Below are positions 18,347 to 24,175 of a stretch of 24,175 nt of DNA, one piece after another. Source of the DNA: an uncultured Ignavibacteriaceae bacterium (GTDB lineage: Bacteria > Bacteroidota > Ignavibacteria > Ignavibacteriales > Ignavibacteriaceae); assembly GCA_964589295.1 (NCBI GenBank), contig CAZPSY010000002.1:3168-27342 (forward strand), in the 5' to 3' direction. Every line of letters begins with the position of its first letter. The stretch's first letter is position 1. The position numbers were made by a program, and so were the translations under genes. Below the pieces are notes generated by a model. That model had not been told where the DNA came from and did not search any database. It saw only the letters and a program-made list of their open reading frames with translations.

Positions 18347-18458
18347 AAAGCACTTACTTTATTCCAATCTTAACCATCCATCCTTATATGCATCAGTTTT
18401 TATTGATAGAGAGCAATAATATCTTTATTTTTGTGCCTCTTTTTAAAATAGGTTCCTT

Positions 18459-19334
18459 ATGATTCACAGTATGACCGGTTACGGCAAAGAAAGCATTGTA
18501 ACCAGTAAAATTTCCATTGAAGCGGAAGTTAAAAGCGTAAACAGCCGCTATCTTGAAGTGTTTATAAAACTGCCTCAATTTCTTTCTCATAGAGAATATG
18601 AACTAAGGGAATTAATTAAAGATAAGATTAAGCGCGGTAAAATAAATATTTCTATACTGATAAAAAGAGATGCAACATTAAACGGCATCTCGGCTTTTGA
18701 TGAGGAAAAACTAAAAAGTTACCTTAAAGTTTTAAAACAGATTAAAAAAACTGCAAATCTTTCTGAAGAGATTAAATTAGAACACCTTCTTAACAATAAA
18801 GAATTTATTGTATCTTCAGATTATGATTTAAGTGAAGCAGAATTCAACAAGGTAAAGAAGACTGTAAATACAGCTCTGAATAACCTGCAAATTATGAAGA
18901 AGAATGAGGGGCGTGAATTAGGTAAAGATCTTACAAAAAGAATACACTTCATTGAAAAAAATGTTAATGATATTGGTAACGAGTATAAGAAAAGTATAAA
19001 TGACTACTATGGAAAATTAACAGCGAGGATTACCGAATTATTAGCCGACAGTAAAATAAGTGAGGAAAGACTTAATTTAGAGTTGGCGCTTATTGCCGAT
19101 AAGGCAGATATTACCGAGGAAAGCGTACGGTTAAAAAGTCATCTTAAATTTTTTCTAGAGTGTATCAGTAAGGAAACTGAGCCGGGCAGAAAGTTAAACT
19201 TTTTATGCCAGGAAATGAACAGGGAAGCTAACACAATTTCCTCTAAATCTATCTCAACATCAATTACACATAAAGTTGTGCTTATTAAGGAAGAGATAGA
19301 GAAGATTAGAGAACAGATTCAAAATATTGAGTGA
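18459..19334 (+). CDS. yicC: YicC/YloC family endoribonuclease
   Basis: MIHSMTGYG, EVKSVNSRYLE, RGKI, DITEESVRLKSH, GRKLNFLCQEMNREANTISSK, EKIREQIQNIE. TATTTTTG at 18426-18433. Confidence 0.97.
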   Translation: MIHSMTGYGKESIVTSKISIEAEVKSVNSRYLEVFIKLPQFLSHREYELRELIKDKIKRGKINISILIKRDATLNGISAFDEEKLKSYLKVLKQIKKTANLSEEIKLEHLLNNKEFIVSSDYDLSEAEFNKVKKTVNTALNNLQIMKKNEGRELGKDLTKRIHFIEKNVNDIGNEYKKSINDYYGKLTARITELLADSKISEERLNLELALIADKADITEESVRLKSHLKFFLECISKETEPGRKLNFLCQEMNREANTISSKSISTSITHKVVLIKEEIEKIREQIQNIE

Positions 19335-19337
19335 TAA

Positions 19338-19913
19338 TTGCAGACTGGAAAAGGAGAGATAATAGTTGTTTCCGCTCCAAGCGGGGCTGGAAAAACTTCC
19401 ATTGTAAAACAAATTTTAAAACATTATCCTGAATTTGTCTTTTCTGTTTCTGCAACTACAAGACCTAAAAGAGATGTAGAGATTGATGGAGTTGAATATT
19501 ATTTCATCACCGAAAATGAGTTTATTGAAAAAATTGAAGATAATGAGTTTGTTGAATGGGAAAAATTTTACGATTACTATTACGGAACATTTAAAAAGAC
19601 GATTGATAATTGTATTGACGAAAGAAAAACAATACTTTTAGAGCTCGATGTTAAAGGTTCCCTTTCATTAAAAACCATTTACCCGGAGGCGCATCTAATT
19701 TATATTATGCCTCCAAGTTATGAAGAACTGATAAAAAGATTGAAAGGCAGGCAGACAGAGAACAGCGAGGACTTTAAAAAGAGGGTTGAGAGAGCAAAAA
19801 TGGAATTGAGTCTTAAGGATCAATTTGACTATATTATAGAGAACAAAGATTTAGAAATAGCAATTAAAGAAACATCGGATTTAATAAGAAAAATAACCAA
19901 ACAGGAGAATTGA
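19338..19913 (+). CDS. gmk: Guanylate kinase
   Basis: VSAPSGAGKTS P-loop, SVSATTRPKR, EIDGVEYYF, YYGT. TTG start. Confidence 0.98.
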   Translation: MQTGKGEIIVVSAPSGAGKTSIVKQILKHYPEFVFSVSATTRPKRDVEIDGVEYYFITENEFIEKIEDNEFVEWEKFYDYYYGTFKKTIDNCIDERKTILLELDVKGSLSLKTIYPEAHLIYIMPPSYEELIKRLKGRQTENSEDFKKRVERAKMELSLKDQFDYIIENKDLEIAIKETSDLIRKITKQEN

Positions 19914-19916
19914 ATA

Positions 19917-20207
19917 ATGCAAATCAAAACAATTGATTTAAGATCTTTTGATGATAGAGCGGACAATATTTACGAAGCAATTATTGTAAGTGCAAAAAGA
20001 GCACGCCAGGTAAATGATGAGAATAAAATTGAGTTTAATGCTCTTCTCAGTACTATCCCAACGGTAGTAAGCGAAGACGAAAATGAAGATATTGAGAATC
20101 CTGCACAGTTAAAAATTGCACTTGATATGGAAGCAAGGGAAAAACCTCATATCCAGTCAATAAGAGAATTTTTGAATGGAGAGATTGATTACGAGTACAA
20201 AGAGTAA
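19917..20207 (+). CDS. rpoZ: RNA polymerase omega subunit
   Basis: NIYEAIIVSAKRARQVN motif, in the canonical position between gmk and coaBC. Confidence 0.9.
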   Translation: MQIKTIDLRSFDDRADNIYEAIIVSAKRARQVNDENKIEFNALLSTIPTVVSEDENEDIENPAQLKIALDMEAREKPHIQSIREFLNGEIDYEYKE

Positions 20208-20238
20208 AACTTAACTATTTTTGTTTTAATTTTTTTAT

Positions 20239-20267
20239 AATCCGGCTTAATGCCGGATTTATTTTTT
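20239..20267 (+). terminator. Probable intrinsic terminator between rpoZ and coaBC
   Basis: AATCCGGC (20239-20246) / GCCGGATT (20252-20259) perfect 8-bp stem with T-rich flanks. Confidence 0.7.
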
Positions 20268-20288
20268 AATAATATCAGTTAACATTAT

Positions 20289-21497
20289 ATGCAAAAAGAT
20301 CCTCTAACTGGTAAGAAAATTTTACTCGGGATAACCGGCTGCATTGCTGCTTATAAAGCTTGTTATATTATCCGGGATTTAAAGACGCGGGGCGCAGAAG
20401 TTAAAGTGGTGATGACACCTTCTGCAACTGAATTTATAACCCCTCTTACGCTTGCCTCACTTTCCGGTAACGATGTGATTGTTCACACATTTCCTCCATC
20501 AAGTAAAACTGGTACAGCACTAACCACGTGGCATATCGATTATGCTTTGTGGGCAGATCTTATGCTTATTGCCCCTGCAACTGTAAATACAATTGCTAAA
20601 ATTTCGCATGGATTTGCGGATAATGCTTTAACAACTTTGGTAACTGCTTTAAGATCTCCTTTAATTATTGCACCGGCTGCCGATGTTGATATGTACAAAA
20701 ACAGGATTACGCAGGAAAATATTAAACGTCTTGAATCTTTTGGGTACTACATCGTTTATGCTGAAGAGGGAGAACTAGCCAGCGGGTTGGTTGGAGAAGG
20801 ACGGCTTGCTGAAATAAACAAAATTATCGATTCGGTTGAACTTATTCTATCAGGTTATACAAAAGATTTTATAGGTAAAAGAATCCTGGTTTCTGCAGGA
20901 CCAACTTATGAAGATATTGACCCTGTAAGGTATTTGGGTAATCGTTCTTCAGGAAAGATGGGATTTGCAGTTGCAAAAGCAGCTTTTTTAAGAGGTGCGA
21001 ATGTTACGGTTATTTCTGGTCCTTCTAACGAAATTCCTTACCCTGAAATAAATCTTATAAAAGTGAGAACAGCGCAAAATATGTTTGCAGCTGTAAAAAA
21101 AGAGTTGCAAAAAAATGATATTTTGATAATGGCTGCAGCCGTTGCGGATTATAAACCTGGAAGCGTTGCTAATAAAAAAATTAAGAAAAGTGATAAGCTC
21201 CCTATTCTTAAACTTGTTGAAACTACAGATATTTTATCAAGCTTAAATTCAAACGGGAAAACTGTTGTTGGGTTTGCGTTGGAAACAAATAATGAATTAG
21301 CTAACGCAAAGAAAAAATTGAAAGAGAAAAACCTAGATATGATTATTCTTAATTCGTTAAAAGAAAAGGGAACCGGCTTTGAGGGAGATACGAATAAAGT
21401 TACTATCCTAAGGAAAGAGGGAAAAGCGGTAAAACTTGCTCTTCAATCAAAGTTCCAGGTTGCAAACAAAATCCTTTCGGAGATAAATAAGATTTAA
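20289..21497 (+). CDS. coaBC: Bifunctional phosphopantothenoylcysteine decarboxylase / ligase
   Basis: GITGCIAAYKA, WHIDYALWAD, APATVNTIAK, SAGPTYEDIDPVRYLGNRSSGKMG, AAAVADY, VGFALET. Confidence 0.98.
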   Translation: MQKDPLTGKKILLGITGCIAAYKACYIIRDLKTRGAEVKVVMTPSATEFITPLTLASLSGNDVIVHTFPPSSKTGTALTTWHIDYALWADLMLIAPATVNTIAKISHGFADNALTTLVTALRSPLIIAPAADVDMYKNRITQENIKRLESFGYYIVYAEEGELASGLVGEGRLAEINKIIDSVELILSGYTKDFIGKRILVSAGPTYEDIDPVRYLGNRSSGKMGFAVAKAAFLRGANVTVISGPSNEIPYPEINLIKVRTAQNMFAAVKKELQKNDILIMAAAVADYKPGSVANKKIKKSDKLPILKLVETTDILSSLNSNGKTVVGFALETNNELANAKKKLKEKNLDMIILNSLKEKGTGFEGDTNKVTILRKEGKAVKLALQSKFQVANKILSEINKI

Positions 21498-21531
21498 TAA
21501 TAATCATTTAGAAGCTATCTCTAAAGTAGTT

Positions 21532-21613
21532 CTGTCATCACGAGCGTAGCGAAGTGATCTCGTTTTAAGCAAAATAAAAGATTGCTTCGTCACAAAGTTC
21601 CTCGCAATGACAG
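21532..21613. repeat. TGTCAT-type REPIN/MITE-like hairpin element
   Basis: Outer arms CTGTCATCACGAG / CTCGCAATGACAG pair at 11/13. Inner arms CGAAGTGATCT / AGATTGCTTCG pair at 11/11 with two G-T pairs. GC-richer than its flanks. Confidence 0.75.
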
Positions 21614-21678
21614 CTGCTTTGCTTTTAAGAAGACTTTATTGTGAAAAAATCTTTAGTGGTTTTATTATTGTATAACAA

Positions 21679-22404
21679 ATGAACGATCCACAAAAAAAAC
21701 AAATTATAGAAGCACTTAAAGACCAGAAAGATATTTTTGGTGATGAGTTGTTAATGACCAAATCAAAAAAACCTGAGGCTCCAACTAAAAGCAAAAAAGT
21801 AAAAGTAATTGAGCAAGAAATATTTCCTGTTGAAAAGAAATCGTGGGAATCTGCCGTTACGCTTAAAGACCTGGAAGCACAAATAAACAACTGCACAAAT
21901 TGTGTTCTGCATAAAGGAAGGAACAAATTTGTTTTTGGCAGCGGTAATCCTAACGCTGATGTAATGGTTATAGGCGAAGGACCCGGAGCGGAAGAGGATA
22001 AACAGGGTTTACCTTTCGTTGGAAGAGCAGGAAAGCTCCTTACAGATATTCTCAAAGCGATTAACTTCAGCAGGGATGACGTTTACATAGGAAATATAGT
22101 AAAATGCCGTCCGCCTGATAACAGAACGCCTTTACCGGATGAAATGGAAACTTGCCTTCCGTATTTAAAAAAACAAATTGAGCTAATTCAACCTAAGTTA
22201 ATTTTATGTTTGGGTTTAACTGCTGCAAAAGGATTGTTGAAGAAAAAAGAATCGCTTACAAGTATGAGGGGAAAAGTATTTGAATTTGAAAATGCAAAAG
22301 TAATGATAACATATCATCCTGCTGCGCTTTTAAGGAACCCAAACTGGAAACGTCCTTGCTGGGAAGATTTACAAAAATTTAAACAGCTTTATGACGAACT
22401 GTAA
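21679..22404 (+). CDS. Family 4 (Fe-S) uracil-DNA glycosylase
   Basis: CTNC...KCRPP...ETCLP cluster ligands, GEGPG and HPAALLR catalytic motifs. About 60 aa charged N-terminal extension. Confidence 0.95.
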   Translation: MNDPQKKQIIEALKDQKDIFGDELLMTKSKKPEAPTKSKKVKVIEQEIFPVEKKSWESAVTLKDLEAQINNCTNCVLHKGRNKFVFGSGNPNADVMVIGEGPGAEEDKQGLPFVGRAGKLLTDILKAINFSRDDVYIGNIVKCRPPDNRTPLPDEMETCLPYLKKQIELIQPKLILCLGLTAAKGLLKKKESLTSMRGKVFEFENAKVMITYHPAALLRNPNWKRPCWEDLQKFKQLYDEL

Positions 22405-22458
22405 ACTATAGAGAGCGTTCAACCCAATCTATTCAATAAAATAAAATTGGTGGGAACA

Positions 22459-23088
22459 ATGAAATTCAATCCAAAGATTCATCACAGAAAATCAATTAGA
22501 TTAGAAGAATTTGATTACACAAATCCCTGGTGGTATTATGTAACGATATGCTCATATAATCATCGCTCTATTTTTGGAGGCGTTAAAAATGGAAAAATGA
22601 TACTTAATAATTACGGTGAAATTGTTAAAGACGAATGGCTGAAAACGCCAACGATCCGAAAAAACATAGACCTCGATTATTATGTTATAATGCCAAATCA
22701 TATCCAAGGAATAATAATTATTGAACGTAGGGGCGAATTGAATTCGCCCCAGGATAAGGGCGAAAATGATTTATTCTCGAAAAAGGTCGTAAAGGATTCG
22801 CCCCCTGATACAGGCGAAGAGAATTCGCTTCCGGGAAAGGGCGTAACGCATTACGCCCCTACAAAGGATAATTTTAAATCTCCATCGCAAACGTTGGGTT
22901 CATTTATCCGGGGTTTTAAATCCGCTGTAACTAAACGAATTAATGCACAGCGAAAAACTTATGGAGACTCAATCTGGCAGCGCAATTATTATGAGCATAT
23001 CATAAGAAATGAAAGAGATTTGTATAATATCAGAAGATATATTGAGTTAAATCCATTAAAATGGGAGATGGATGAATACTTTAGTTAA
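22459..23088 (+). mobile_element. REP-associated tyrosine transposase (RAYT; IS200/IS605 Y1 HUH superfamily)
   Basis: HRKSIRLEEFDY, YYVTIC, VIMPNHIQGII (HUH position), LGSFIRGFKSAVT, WQRNYYEHIIR, YIELNP (catalytic Tyr, NP motif). ATG 22459 preferred over TTG 22447. No tnpB. Confidence 0.9.
22727..22864. repeat. In-frame array of five degenerate 27-bp GTAG-type REP palindromes inside the RAYT gene
   Basis: Units start at 22730, 22757, 22784, 22811 and 22838. The first is the perfect palindrome GGGGCGAATT-G-AATTCGCCCC with GTAG at 22727-22730. The last is GGGCGTAA-CGCA-TTACGCCC followed by CTAC at 22859-22862. Confidence 0.85.
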
Positions 23089-23251
23089 AAAACAATTCCT
23101 TAAATATAATATCTGAGGAAGCCAACTCTGGGGGATCGATAACCCTGGAGAAGGTGAATATCTTCAAGTACATAGTTTCGAAAAAGTATAATAGCGTGAT
23201 GGAGTATTTAAATAAAGCTGAATACCTGTAAACTTTGTTAAAAAATGCCCG

Positions 23252-23779
23252 TTACTTTTTTATAAAGTATACTCCATCCCAATCTACTAAGTACGTGTTA
23301 GCTGTAATATACATTCCTTTAAATTTACCGCTTCCTTGAATATTTTCATATTTACCAGCCCCGCTTATATAGGTGAAAGTTCCTTCCATTGTTATTATGG
23401 GTATATCGCCAGATAAAACAGTAGTAACCTTCCCTTCCCATTTAGCAACCGTAGTACTCCCATCTTTACTTAAAATTATATAACCCTCGTTAGATCCATT
23501 CCCTTTTACCAGGTTACTAAAATTATTATTAACAACTAAAGCACCATCCATCATACTATTTTTACCGGTACTGGTACTTATCCCCTCAGATTTACTGATG
23601 TGAAAAATGTGACCATCCATATCACCAACATCAAAATTATAACCTTCTGTGACTGTGGCAGATATTTTTCCTGCAACCTCCATTTTATCTTGCGCATTTA
23701 AGGGTATCACGCTGAAGATTATTAGAAATGCGAGAGTGAAGATTAGTCTAAACGAATTTTTTAGAATTAATGTGTGCAT
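23252..23779 (-). CDS. Hypothetical secreted protein, allene-oxide-cyclase/dirigent-like beta-barrel
   Basis: SPI-type signal (..PLNA-QD), beta-rich sequence, GTFTYISGAGKYENIQGSGKFKG motif. SD-like GGAAGG upstream. The fold call is by motif resemblance only. Confidence 0.65.
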   Translation of the reverse strand: MHTLILKNSFRLIFTLAFLIIFSVIPLNAQDKMEVAGKISATVTEGYNFDVGDMDGHIFHISKSEGISTSTGKNSMMDGALVVNNNFSNLVKGNGSNEGYIILSKDGSTTVAKWEGKVTTVLSGDIPIITMEGTFTYISGAGKYENIQGSGKFKGMYITANTYLVDWDGVYFIKK

Positions 23780-24175
23780 AGCAACCTTCCTTATTTGAAT
23801 TTTACAAGTACTCAGCTTTTTATTTTTCTTTCGATAGAAAGTTCCCGGATAAAGTCGGTTAACAATTTTTAGAAATTAAAAAATATTTTCTGGCAGCAGA
23901 GAGGAAATGCAATCAGGCAACAAGTTTAACTTAAACTTATTTTTTGCAATACTCAATTAACAATTGGCAAGTATATACGGATGGAGTGCACTGTGTTTCT
24001 ACATAATTGCCAAACAGCAATTCATCCACTAATTTTTTCATTGAAATGAATATAGTTATTGATGAAATTGTCACTAGAAAATTGATTGAGATTTAGTTAT
24101 ATACTTTAAAATCAAAAACTTAATAAGATCACAAGCAACTAAGTCTATTCAAATAAATAAAGTTCTAAAAAATAT

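Noticed and set aside
18393-22055. Antisense ORFs 18393-18590 and 21636-22055
   Set aside because: Mirror frames of yicC and udg.
22727-22864. Interpreting the 27-bp periodic array as a CRISPR array
   Set aside because: The units are contiguous without unique spacers, degenerate, in-frame within a gene, and no cas genes are present.
23085-23231. 48-codon stop-free frame downstream of the RAYT (LKNNSLNIISEEANSGGSITLEKVNIFKYIVSKKYNSVMEYLNKAEYL)
   Set aside because: No start codon or RBS near its 5' end and no recognisable homology. It could be a gene remnant, but the length is achievable by chance.

Overview
Low-GC bacterial chromosome segment, most likely Ignavibacteria (Bacteroidota-Chlorobi lineage). 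This is inferred from the fused rplM-rpsI-rpsB-tsf-pyrH-frr order, the yicC-gmk-rpoZ-coaBC-udg run, TAnnTTTG-type promoters and retained Shine-Dalgarno sites. It is mostly housekeeping: ppk1 (cut by the window edge), trkH/trkA, a GT2 glycosyltransferase, a deoxyhypusine-synthase-like enzyme with an SDR epimerase, two unknown exported proteins and the translation cluster. A cell-envelope locus follows: CapA-family hydrolase divergent from a YkuD protein, a lipoprotein and a 3-POTRA Omp85. The right end is variable, with a RAYT-type HUH transposase and a secreted beta-barrel protein. No tRNA, rRNA or CRISPR array was found. Best leads: (1) the YkuD/L,D-transpeptidase homologue has Ser where the catalytic Cys belongs (WTDGSVAL); (2) the RAYT carries an in-frame array of five degenerate 27-bp REP palindromes, and its HUH motif reads H-I-Q; (3) a 21-nt palindrome appears inserted into the structured rpsB leader; (4) a TonB-type SxxxH anchor is fused to a PsbP-like domain; (5) several unrelated REP-like repeat families occur. 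All calls come from reading the sequence; no database searches were run.
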